Shown one piece after another: positions 50,300 to 62,864 of a stretch of DNA of 64,000 nucleotides (positions within the stretch are counted from its first letter, which is position 1; every line of letters starts with the position of its first letter). The translations under genes were made by a program, and so were the position numbers. The DNA lies in assembly GCF_964355755.1 (NCBI RefSeq), contig NC_092673.1, positions 9,858,001-9,922,000 of the forward strand, written 5' to 3'. This DNA comes from Antedon mediterranea. Lineage: Eukaryota > Animalia > Echinodermata. The notes under the pieces were generated by a model that saw only the letters and a list, made by a program, of their open reading frames with translations, had not been told where the DNA came from and did no database searches.

Positions 50300-50602
50300 G
50301 TCACGTGAAATCAGAGAAGCCATAGAGATCAGAAGGAGGGGCACAAAGACACTCAACAGAAAGGAGTGCACCCATCTTCTAAGTCAGGTTTACGATCCTT
50401 TTTCCCAAGAAATCTACGACTGCGAAAGAGTCTACGGATGTATGTCATAGTGGATCGATTTCTCGGAAAAGAAGATCGGATGGTAATTCTGACGAAGTCT
50501 CCCGAAGTGTTGAGACGAAATATTAATCGTGAGTACACAATTTGGTTTTGACAAATTAATATTATTTCTCTGGATTTCAAACAAACCTGATGAATCTATT
50601 CT
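50300..50602 (+). mobile_element. 5'-truncated Penelope-like element (GIY-YIG C-terminus plus 3' end with hammerhead-like core)
   Basis: REIREAIEIRRRGTKTLNR...LSQVYD; CTGACGA A GTCTC..GAGAC GAAA at 50489-50520. Confidence 0.75.
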
Positions 50603-50869
50603 CTGATGTTAGACAATTGTATTTCAACTTGCTGTTACAAAACTGTAACCATCAGTTTCCACTGTACTTTGAGCCATGCTCAGACCTCTCTGATCTATCA
50701 ATCCAATAAAACTATTAAATAACTTGTGCTTGTCTGAAGTAGCTGAAAAATACACATACAGGTATTTCAGTATTTATTTTTACACATGACATACTAGGCT
50801 AGGCCTATTGTTTTGTATTGTTTTTTTTTTTAAATAAAATACAACTCAAGCAATAGGCCTAGGTCTAAG

Positions 50870-51864
50870 GGGTGTCACGAAACCTAAGACCACGAAAGCT
50901 AAGACCCAAGACCTAAGATTACAAATTCTAAGATATACTACAGCTTAAAAACAATACTTGTTTATCCATACATAATTTTAAACACAGTAGGTTTCATTTA
51001 TTACCATAAATATAATTTAATACTACCGCAAAACATAGATAAACTCACATTATTTTCGCCCGTTGAGTAAATGTATATTTTTTCTTTACAACAAACAAAC
51101 TTGATGCGTTGTTTGTTGGTATATATTTACTCCATTGTGTTGGTTCAGAGGATGTTTTTCTTACGAACCTGCCTTTCTTGTATTTTGACTCCAAATTTGT
51201 TGACTAACTTTATCCTGAATACCACACTTTAAAATTAGGACTTATAAGTACTTTCAGAAGGAGAAACACATAATAACAAATAAATAAATCCTTTAAATTG
51301 ATGATTTTACAGACGTGTTTCTTTGTATACTGTTGAAGTTAGTAATGTAACTCCTCGAGCTCCCCATGCTCAATGTTTTTTTTTCTATGGAGCGCCAAAA
51401 GAGCAACAATAATAGTACAAGTATAAAAACAGAAATTCTTCGTACTTGCATGATTATACTATTATCATTACAATTTTACATTGTTCCATCCACACTGTAG
51501 ATGGACTCCACAGAGTTTTCAGCCCTCTATATAATTTTTGCTCTTTTGACGTTCCATAGAAACAAAAACATTGAACATGGGGTAGGCCTACTGTAGGCTA
51601 GTCATGCGAAATTCGCAAACAGTATGTGTGCGAGAAAAACGTCTGTAAAATCATCAATTTAAATTGTATTTGTTACTTTTTATGTGATTCTTTTTCATAA
51701 AAGTGCTAATTCTAAGGTGTGGTATTCAGAATAAATGTTGGGAGTTAAAATACAAGGCAGGTGCGAAAGATAAATATTTGTAATCTTAGGTCTTGGGTCT
51801 TAGCTTTCGTGATCTTAGGTCTTAGGGGGTCTTAGCTTTCGTGGTCTTAGGTTTCGTGACACCC
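50870..51864. mobile_element. Non-autonomous Mutator-like (foldback) element with 10-bp TSD TAGGTCTAAG
   Basis: TIR GGGTGTCACGAAACCTAAGACCACGAAAGCTAAGACCC at both ends; TSD at 50860-50869 and 51865-51874. Confidence 0.9.
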
Positions 51865-54241
51865 TAGGTCTAAGTGTGGGGATATTCAAAATTCCTATGA
51901 ACAGTACATGTAAACACAGGCCTGGTTACCTGACAGTAGAGAGTAGGCCAGGCCAGGGTTACACTGCTATACTTATTTTTTGACCTACTACCTACTTCCC
52001 CCTGCATCGTTTACGATTTTTGCAAGAAATATTAAACTTTACCATTCTCTTTAGTTGAGGCAAACAACAAGGTCTCGAAGCCATCAAAATATCAAAATCA
52101 TTTTGTCTTGGTGTACTGCCATTTGATACACCAACTTGGTCGTCAGCAGGGGATTTGGGGCTACATTAAATCTCACAAAGTTGTAACCCAGTGCCTTTAA
52201 CATTTCTAACGATTCATCTAGATCAGTCTCTTGCCACAAACCGTTTAAATGTGTAGGCCTAGAATCCCGAAGCTGAACATAGCCAAAGATCTTTAAACAT
52301 AATACTCGCAAGCAAGCAATTGATTGAAAAAATACAGAAATATCGCCATTTGATACTGAATGTGTCGACACGAACTAACGAACAGATATGGAACGCCAAG
52401 AGTGCATCATTAAAACTGCATTCGACTCGATTAGCACACGAAATATCATAAACATGGCAAACCAGGTCAAAACGGCCCCTTTTTCAGTGGCGGGTAAGGT
52501 TTGCTCAGTGGATTGTCATCTACATCTCCTACATGAACTTGAACAGGTTTCTGAAAAAATATGAATGAGGAATTAACAGAGTAATGGGAAAGTTAAGTCA
52601 TCATCCACATCATGTTCGGAACAAACGTAATCGCGACATTTAATCAATGTTGTTAGCGCATGTTTCTCACTGCATGTAGGACTATACGTTTGATCTTTGT
52701 TTGCAATGCAAACTACTTTTTTGGTCCATGCTACTACTTTCTTTCCTTTTCCACTCTTTCCTTTGGAATATGGTGCAAAACGTGAAAATCTTGCCAGCAG
52801 AGATCCTAGTATCATAAGATCCTGTAATCAAACATAATCAATAGTGTTTCAATATACTGTATATGATAGGCATTGTGTATTTTACAATCGTGGTGATTTC
52901 GATAAAAATTTAAATGTTGTTTTATATTTTTGTTTAACGTATGAGACATTATTTATCACCATCATCATTTACATCATTTTCAGAAATCCATGAAGGATTG
53001 ATTCTATTTCTATTGTAGCCGAACACAATATTCATATTGTCACCAGAGTGCAACACAATACATAGGCCTACATAGCTAATACTAATCAAATAATTAAAAA
53101 ACTAAAAATAATAAATGACTTTAAAACAACCTATCAGTAGTCCTACACGCCATTCTTAGAAGATGCTTTTAGCCAATGCTCAGTACACCCAATGTTGCTG
53201 ACACTTGATCAGCTGTTATCTTTAAAGAAATACAATATACTTATATCTCATATGCAATGAATGTAAGCCATAATTGAAAATTGCATGCATACTCAAAACT
53301 AAGTGAACGTGAACTAAATGAATAAATATTAAGGATAGGCCTAGCCTACAGTAGCTCTGGCATAGGTCTACTATTTTTATTATTTAGGCCGGAAGACTAG
53401 TGGACAAGCACAAGCTCACTACTGAAAATAGGCCTATTATTAGTTATACTCTTTTTATAGGCTAGTAGTACTAGTAGTGTGACGTGTATGGTGATTTTTG
53501 GCCCAGACTTTTATATGCCCAAGTATATGCTTAGTTTATTCTAGCATAATATCAGAGTACAGTATATGACCATATAAGCAGTTAGTAGAGAGCTAGATAG
53601 CTAGCTAGCTAGCACTACTAAATAATTATATTTGAGGATTTCGACTTACCGATTTCTTACAAGAATAATGAAAAGCGAAAACAGAATGTTAATTTGTATA
53701 TATAAATATTTGTTGATGGATTCAAACATGTACTACAAATGGAGAGAGGCATTATAAAAGTTTTGGTCCTCTCTCCTTTATTTTTGTTTTGTTTTGATGT
53801 AATGTATTATACCATATGGACAATTGTCTGAAATAAAAGTTGAATTGAATATATACTACTAGGCCTAGTACTATTACTAGCTACGAGATAGTCTAGGCCT
53901 AGCCCTAGCAAGAAGGTAGGCCGACCAAGCTAGTCTTACACAAAATAAACAGAAATAATATGGTATAAAAACAAAATAAATCACCTCCTCTTTTTCAAAC
54001 ACCCTCTACTAGTACATTTGCAAATGACATTTCAATTAATATTTGTCTTAATGGTTTTTTTGTTGCATTTCAGCCATTATGAGTTTTTATTGCTGAAACT
54101 TGTGAAAACAAAATTCATGTGTACAACTTTATGATCGAGAATTTTAACTTTCCTAGACTTATTTGTACAGCCGTCGATTATTTGACATTGAAGTAGTGCG
54201 CCACGTGCGTCGAGAATGTGTCGATGCATTTTCAGTTGCTT

Positions 54242-54402
54242 CATAAGAGCATGATACGTCACGTAATTTAGAATGACGAAAGAGTATAAGAACATGGAGA
54301 GTCACATAAGAGCATGACGAAAGAGTATAAGAGCATTAAGAAAGAGTATAAGAGCATTAGTTATGCGCATAAGAGCATTAGGAATGGGATGAGAGCATGA
54401 TG
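54242..54402. repeat. Array of ~7 TAAGAGCAT motifs
   Basis: Motif recurs at mostly ~20-bp spacing. Confidence 0.6.
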
Positions 54403-55830
54403 TCACCGCATGTGAAGAGATTACTGGCGTTCCATAGCAGCAATAGAGAAAAGCATGTGTTCTAAATCACTACATCGAGACGAAACATGTGCACAAGCGA
54501 TCAACAGCAAAACTTTTAATTTCATTACCAGGACTACTGCCTAACCCCATCTGCACCGCAATCAAAACAACACTGTGTTTACATGAACAACAAATACAGT
54601 GCAGAAGAACTTTTTAATGCATCTTGGGCCCGATCGTCCGTTGTCCCGATTGTCTGTTCGCCCTGCACAGCTAGCACAGCAGTATATAGGCCTAGGCATT
54701 TTGTTTGTCATCGATACGAAGATGTATCGTTGAAAGATTGCTTATGACGAAACAGTTGTGTAATTAAATACCTACAAACTTCAATGTATTACTATGGTAA
54801 ACGTTTATTTATGTGTGTGTAATATGCCTAGGCTAGGTCAGTAAATAAGTATATGCCTAGTAGGCTAGCCTAGATGAGATTCGCAAAAGGATAGCAAAGC
54901 TAGAATCGCATAGAAAATATGTAAAACAAACATGACTCACAAAAAAAAAAGGTGACCTTCATTTTCGTCGATTTTGGGTTGGTCGGGCGTGGTCAACACA
55001 ATCTAAAATTTGTTTGGCATTATCATGTGTTTTCTTACTTTGATCGTTTTAACAAAATATAATACTTTAGGAAAGTGAAAGTGAACAACTCTATTATAAT
55101 TATACAAAATGGTCTATTCAAAATTTGATTTTATTGATCTTCATTTTTCATGTTTTTAATTGACTAAAGGGTTACATTTATACGTTTCATACTGACCTTT
55201 AACCTCTCTAAATTGTAAGTTCAGGTAATTTTAAAAAGTGACAAGAACACCCGAAAATTTAAAGATTATAAACTAAGGAACACGTTGAGTTGTCATTCAT
55301 ACCAAAATGGTATTCGCTATTTCAATTTCAAGCCCTCATTTTATATATATGCCACTAGGCCTAGTCTAACCTCAGATATGGTCACATCAAACATGTCGAC
55401 GGAACCCTAGGAAAATTTATGTTTAGTAACGCAATTTACTTACAGAAACAAAGTACAGAAATTTTTCCCTTTAAAAAAAATGGTATCAACGGGAATATGT
55501 TCCCCTGGTAGACATGGCATGGCGGGCAGTCTGCAACAGGATCTCTATCCAAAATATGGCTATATGGCATAAGCATACATTTGAATGTTATATCTTTAAT
55601 GCCAATGTAATTACGAATGGATAAAACAATATAAAACTCAATATTTTTTATCTGAAATAATATTTAAACTCGCATAATGTAGCATGTAACACAGAAATAG
55701 TTCATTTCGATCTTGATTGTTTTTGGCTTTAAAAATGGTTTAGCTAGACCTCAGCCCTATGCCTCGAAAAAGCTAGGCTTGCGTTTATTTTATTAATTTT
55801 TTTTCACAGGTTTTATAATAATAATAGTAG

Positions 55831-56494
55831 TGTAATATAACGATATACTTTTATATTTAAGAAATCGACCTTTGTATCGGAATTCAAATAAGTTCACAAA
55901 CTTGACCCAGAAAGTCCAGAGGAGAGTTTGTCCAGATGTTTTAATGACCATTTAGTTTATAATAGAATCCCTAAAGAAAACACTTAGCTTAATTTTGTGA
56001 CTTTTCCCATCGTTAAACCAGGAGTGATTGACACTATTTAAGTACAGATTTGACAGTGTCATCCATCACAGAAATACCTTATTATACCGTTAATCACTCC
56101 CACTTAAACACCCCTGGATCAACTTAGGACCAATCGTTACCCTCACAGATTACGTAGTGACATATGCAAATGAACCGAGGGCCAATATACTCCCAAGTTT
56201 CAGAAGGGCCCAGACACACCTTACAGCCACCTCACGGAGCACACACCTTACAGCCACCTCACGGAGCACACACCTTACAGCCATTTCACGGAGCACACAC
56301 CTTACAGCCACTTCTCCAGAAGCAGACTAACACACTTCACACCTCACCGACAGCATCACTGATCCTCCGTTCCTTATCTATACTTATAGTTGTATATTGT
56401 ACTGAAGTATTATACTGAATAAACAATATGTGTTACGACAGTCAAGCGAGTCAGAGTCTTCATTAGTACCTCAACAACGCAACATTATATTACA
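55831..56494 (+). repeat. 5' LTR with an internal 27-bp tandem repeat (~3.5 units, 56214-56311)
   Basis: 10-bp terminal inverted repeat; CACACCTTACAGCCACCTCACGGAGCA units; AATAAA near 56418. Confidence 0.92.
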
Positions 56495-57198
56495 TGGTGG
56501 AAGACCCAAATTTCATAAGGAACAGAGTGAGAAAACAGAATAACAAGAAAACAAGAAATAAACACTTAACAAGACACGAAGACGAAGACGAAGACAAAAA
56601 TAACCATATTTGTTTGAAAGGAGAAAACCAGAAATTTACTTTGACTCAAAAGACAAGCTGAAATTATATTTGAATGAGATCGAGACAAGCAGAAATTTTT
56701 ATCAAATTATAACCATCGGATGAAGACAAAGAAGATAATCGAGGAAGACACAAAAGACAAGCTGAAATTATATTTGAATGAGATCGAGACAAGCAGAAAT
56801 TTTATCAAATTATAACCATTGGATAAAGACAAAGAAGATAATCGAGGAAGACCCAAGAAGAATCAAAACAGAAGCAAGCGGACAAGAACTGTTTCGTTTG
56901 GACACTTTCAACTTCACGCCGTTTTTTTTTTCGATCATTTTTTAACATTTATTTTTTTTGACCATTTTGAACATTGATGAACACCTTTCGCATTTTTTTA
57001 ATTCGTTGTTTGAAAATTTAAACATTTTTGAACACTTTTTGCATTCCTTTAATTCATTTTTAATTGGATCCGAAGCATTTGGGGTAAGTCAAAACCATTT
57101 TGATTTTGATTTGTAACCTTGATTGAAAAAAGTGAGAGTTTACATATATATACACTAAATTGTTTTTGATATTTGATTAATAATTAATATTATACAGT

Positions 57199-58159
57199 AT
57201 GGTCGACGTTGTTGATAACGAAGTAATTTTAAATGAGCCCGTCAATCCTCACCCCGTGCCCCACCTAAGACAAACCGATTTCCTTCCCAAAAGATATGAC
57301 GGTTCCATAACCGATCACGACCAATGTAGTGCACATTACTTATCGTTTACCGACTACCTTGAGGCCCGCACTTTAGAAAACCCTGTAAACAATGCCCAAT
57401 TAATTAATGTAATAAGTATTTTTAAACGTAGCCTTCAGGGCCAAGCTAGACTCTGGATTGAGGGAAAGCAGTTCGATTCACTGGAATCCTTAAAAACCCA
57501 ATTCATCAACAGGTTTAGTAAAAACAAATCAATCTATGCGCACATAAGAGAATACGATTCAATTACTTACACCACTGGCGACAACGCCGAAAAGCACTTA
57601 ACCAAAATCAAACAAGCCGCAGACAGAATTGGATACGCTGACCAGCAGATAAAGAATAAATTTATTTCGACCCTTCCACCAAAATGTAGAGCAGCTGTAG
57701 CCATGTCCACCCCAATCGATGCCACTATTGACAATATCGTAAATAGCACACAAAATTACCTTGACCTTTCCGTAGATGATTCCACACGGGAAGTTTCATT
57801 CAATATCAATAAGGAAACAGATAATAGTCTCGAATCGCTCCAACATGAGATAAATTCTCTTAAGTTAGATATAGCCACAACAAAACGATCCTTTAATGAT
57901 GATACTCGACCGCTCACGTTCCCCCACCCGAAATTATATCCCAAGACGAAACCGAAGCCCAAGCCCATACAAACCCCGATTCCAGACCCCACCGACCCCA
58001 AGATATAGACAACCTCCCCCAACCTGTTATTACTGCGGGAAACCAGGCCACATAGCAAGGCACTGCCGACAACAAAACCGTTCTTACGGAAACTATCCCC
58101 CGCCATACCCATACCAACAGTCAAACAATTATTACCCTAGCCACCAGCAGGATTTTTAA
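57199..58159 (+). CDS. gag: Gag (capsid plus CCHC nucleocapsid), with a frame change near 57905
   Basis: FKRSLQGQARLWI; the second frame gives RSRSP..CYYCGKPGHIARHC..QDF*. Confidence 0.8.
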
Positions 58160-58184
58160 AAAGGGGACTAGATGCCGCCTATAA

Positions 58185-61100
58185 TCTGGCCCCCATACTA
58201 AATACGACAATTTTAAGGCAAAATACTTAGGGAATTCAGATAATATTGATTTGTTACTTAACGACAGAAATTACGTTAAAGGAAATTTACCAGATGGTAG
58301 AAATGTTTTAACTTTATTTGACAGTGGTTCAACTAGAACTATAATCTCACAATCGTACGTTAATTCCTCACTTTATTTATCGCGTCTAAAGCCAGTTAAA
58401 GTGAACACAACTAAATTTAGATTAGGTAACGGTGACTTCTTATACGCCAACCACTTAGTGCAATTCGAATTATTTATCCAAGGACACAAATTTAAAATTT
58501 CAGCATTAATCGTTAAAAATTTGACAGGTATTGACCTGATACTTGGAACCGAAACATTGTCTGAACTCGACGGTACTTTAAATTTTAAGGAAAACACCTT
58601 TCGCATTAGACCAAAGATTTTTAGCTTTCGTCCAGTACACAAGATTTTTCTTAAACCCGGTGATACTAAAACAGTTAAATTAAAAGGAAGGGTTCCCGCC
58701 TTTGTACGCAATTCTGATGTTGTTCTACATGCAACCACCCATATTTCAAAACTTTGTCCATCAGATATGTTAGTAAAATTACACAGAGGAGAAACCAACA
58801 TTGATATCACTAACAACACAAACAGAAACGTATCTCTAAATACATATCAACCTATCGCGAGCCTTCATTTAACCAACCTTGTAACAGTTACTAACGACCT
58901 ACCAATAGATAGAATAAAGTTGACCAATGACAACGCAAACAAGTACCCACATTTAGAACGTACAGACCCATTGCTATCTTTAACCGAGGAAGAAATAATT
59001 AGAAAACAAGTTGATTTAACAGACAGCGTTTTAACACATAGAGAAAAAGAAGATTTGTATAAAACATTACAACAAAACAGAAACGCATTTTCACTATATG
59101 GTGAACTATCTAGCTGCCCAAACTTCAAAGCTGACATACACCTCTCTAACGATGAACCATTTTTTATTCGACCATACTTCGCGACAGACAAAGACAAACA
59201 TGTTATTGAGGCCGAATTGAACAAATTAGTCAAACTAGGAATCTTAGCAGTAGGACACCAATCGTATACTTCCCCTGTCCTTCTTGTTTCAAAGAAAAAT
59301 TCAAAAGATAAAAGAGTTGTCACAGACTTTCGCTATCTAAATTCCAGGATAAAACGTATTAATCACCCATTCCCGTTATTAGCCGAAACTCTGAAAACAA
59401 TAGGTAACGCTAATGCACAGATTCTTAGCGTAATTGATTTGAAATCAGCGTTCCACTGTGTACCATTAGCCGAACATGCCCAACAATACACAGGTATAGC
59501 TTCATATCATGGTGGAAAGCATTATTATTATAAGAGATTAGCACAAGGATTAAACGTTTCACCAGGTATATTTCAAGCAAAGATTGAGGAAATTTTAAAT
59601 GAAATCCCAAATTCTAGAGAATTCTGTATCGCCCATCATGATGATATTATTTTATTTAGCCAAGACAAATTTGCTCATAAGCAGCACCTTGTTTCCGTTT
59701 TACAAGCCCTACAATTAAATGGTTTTAGAATTTGCCCAAAGAAATGTAAGTTATTCAAGAATAAAGTGCAATATATGGGACACACCATCCTGATTAATTC
59801 TTCAGGACACGCATGTATCACACCATTAGGCGACAGGTGTGCAGCTATCCGAAATTTGCCAGTCCCACGAACCCATAAAGAAACTAAACGATTTATTGGT
59901 GCAGTAAATTATGTATCCCATTTTTTCCCTCAAATACAATCAATTTTACGTCCGTTACACACACTCGCAAGTAAACGCCGAAAATTTGTTTGGTCCACTG
60001 ACCACCAGAAAGCATTTGACGAAATTAAACAATTAATGGTTAAACCACGAACTCTTCAAATGCCTAGAAAAGAAGGTAGATTTACGCTATATAGCGACAC
60101 TTCAAGAACCGCAACAGGTTCATATTTAACACAAACAGTAAACGGTAAAGAACACATAATAGGTTATTATTCCAAAATCTTACCACAAGCCTGTCAACGA
60201 TATAGCGTCACAGAATTAGAGTTATTTGGACTTTACATTAACGTTTCAGCATTTCGACACTTACTAAAGGGTTGCGAATTTGATTCATTCGTAGACCACT
60301 CAGCAATTGTACAAATTTGGAATTCAAAAGATCAGCCATGTACACCCCGTTTACAGAAACTAATATTACGATTGTCCGGATACATTTTCCAAATTGGTTA
60401 TAAGAAAGGAACTGAATTAGTTTGAGCAGATTTTCTCTCCCGAGCCCCTCGTGACGACGTTTCCGAAATTGATCAAGTTGTACCCATTGCATTTAATATT
60501 ACAGAGACTGAATCTCTTAACCCGATTACAAACACATCTACTTGCAGACCAGTAACAAGGTCATACGCCAAGAAAATGGGAATAAATATACCTGACCTAC
60601 ATAAACCCAAACCAGTACAAACGCCCGTCATTAATCAAAACCCAGTGACAACAAACACGCGACCTACACCTCAACCTACCGCTACACCACAAATAATCAC
60701 GAGACAACAAACAAACGCACATCGATCACCGCCAATCACAACGCCACCCATCGTAACGCCACCCCCAATACGTAATGTAAACATTCGACAACCTCCAGAG
60801 GAACGACTAGTAGACAAAAACAAGCAAAGCAAAGATACTACACATCGAAACGTACCAGTTGAATTGTATACATCGCCCAAACCACTAGTACCAAACATAA
60901 CTGAATTTAAGTCAGCACACATCCCAAAACAACAAGACTTAGATAGATTAATGGATGTTATTCAAAGAAAGATAATTAGAGATTATAACCTCCCAGTAGA
61001 TGTTAAACAATTACGTGTTGAACAAGAAACTTCACCATTTTTTAAGCCAGTTTACGATTATTTAGCTCATGATATCCTTCCAGCTGATAAGAAAGCAGCT

Positions 61101-62864
61101 CGTGCAGTTCAGAATAAGTCAGAGCAGTACATATTGTGCAACGGTTTACTATTCCGTTTATTTTTCCAAGATAAAGGTGGAGAATTTGTATTGCAATTAG
61201 CTGTTCCTGAAAACTTAGCCGAGACTGTTATTTCTCAGTATCACGACAATTTGTTAAGTAGCCACCAAGGTACGATGCGTACTTACCTTACCATTAGGAA
61301 ATTATTTTACATGCCCCTTATGTTCGAGAAAGTCAACAATTATACCCAAGCGTGTCTTAGATGTCAACAATTTCGTCCCAAAACCGATAAATTACGTCCT
61401 TTACACGATCGAGTACCAGCAACTTACCGTCCCTTTCATACACTCAGTCTAGATTTTAAGAGTATGCCAACTTCACCTTCAGGTTTTAAACATATTATGG
61501 TAGTATGTGATGAGATAACTAGATTTTTGATTTGTGTACCTTTGAAATCCATTGATGCCGAAACAATTTGCGAAGCACTAATTCAAAAGGTCATCAGTAT
61601 TTTTGGACCCCCATCTCGTCTTATTTCAGATGCAGCAACCTCCCTTACAGGAAAATTATTAACGCTATTATGTAACACCCTTAATATTGATAGGAAAATC
61701 ATCAGCGTCCACAATCACGGTAGTTTACAAGTTGAACGTCATATCCGCACCGTATCGGACCTGTTAAAGGTCAACTTTAACCAATTCGGAACAGATTGGG
61801 TTAGATTTGTATCAACAACATGTTATGCTTATAACTCGTTTTCATCCCCACATCTCGGAAACCACTCCCCTTACGAATTAGTTTTTGGCCGCCAACCTCC
61901 AAGTTTGACCTCATTAGCCTTTAACCCTATTTCAGGATTGTCTCATTCCTATGAAGAATACTTTGAACACCTCAAGAAGAAATTTCAAAACATTTCACAG
62001 ACAATGCTACAATTACAGCGAACACAACAAAACGTCCAAAACTCCAAGATTTCCCAACGCTTAGAAAAAAGTCCAATTTACTCAGTAGGACAACTCGTAT
62101 ATTTATACAAGCCAACATTATCATCACTAACGGCAAATTCAAAGAAAATCGCCGCAGAATGGGTCGGACCATTAGTAATTCATGAAGTACTAGACAGAAC
62201 ATACTACATCCTAGCAACGATTAAAGGAGAAATACTTCGCGACGTATTCAATTATAACAGACTGAAACCCTGTTTTATGAGAACACCTAAAGAACGCAAA
62301 CATTTTACACATCTCCAAAAACTTAAACAATTGTTGAATGAACCCACCGATGATAATAACGATAAAATCCAAAACACCATTAATGTAGTAAATGACGAAA
62401 TCAATGTCGAATTTGTAGACGAACATGATAGGACACCAGCCCAATTGCAATCAGATACCCTTACACATCCAACTAAGATAGAACCCCTTAACTTGCAACC
62501 TTACATTGACTGTGTAGAGAATAACATGGGATTAGCAGCCCCATTCCAAATGAAAGAGGAACAAATTAAGGAACAAACTAATTTAATTATGACAGCACCT
62601 AATGATTCAAATATGACATTAAACCGAGGTAGATTTAAAGCAGGACATTTCCAAGTTTTAGTTTCGTATTCTAAACCGACTTCAGCCAAACGTAACACTG
62701 ATGAAACAAAACACGAATCTAATGATCGCAAATTTTGGTGGAATATTGACAGATATAACGATACAGAGAAATTGATTAAAGAGATCATTAATGATAAACA
62801 GATACCGATAAGTGGATCGCCAAAACGATTCATAAAACGTTTGTATAATGCAACGAATTACTGA
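58185..62864 (+). CDS. pol: Pol (protease, RT, RNaseH, integrase) with an in-frame TGA at 60423-60425
   Basis: LFDSGS; IDLKSAFH; LAQGL; AHHDDII; YSDTS; ELELFG; DHSA; ADFLSR; H..H..C..C; LDFK, ISD, VER; ORFs 58251-60425 and 60576-62864 share a frame. Confidence 0.88.

Noticed and set aside
60423-60425. Selenocysteine or programmed readthrough TGA
   Set aside because: The position is normally a hydrophobic residue before ADFLSR and no readthrough or SECIS context is evident; a point mutation is simpler.
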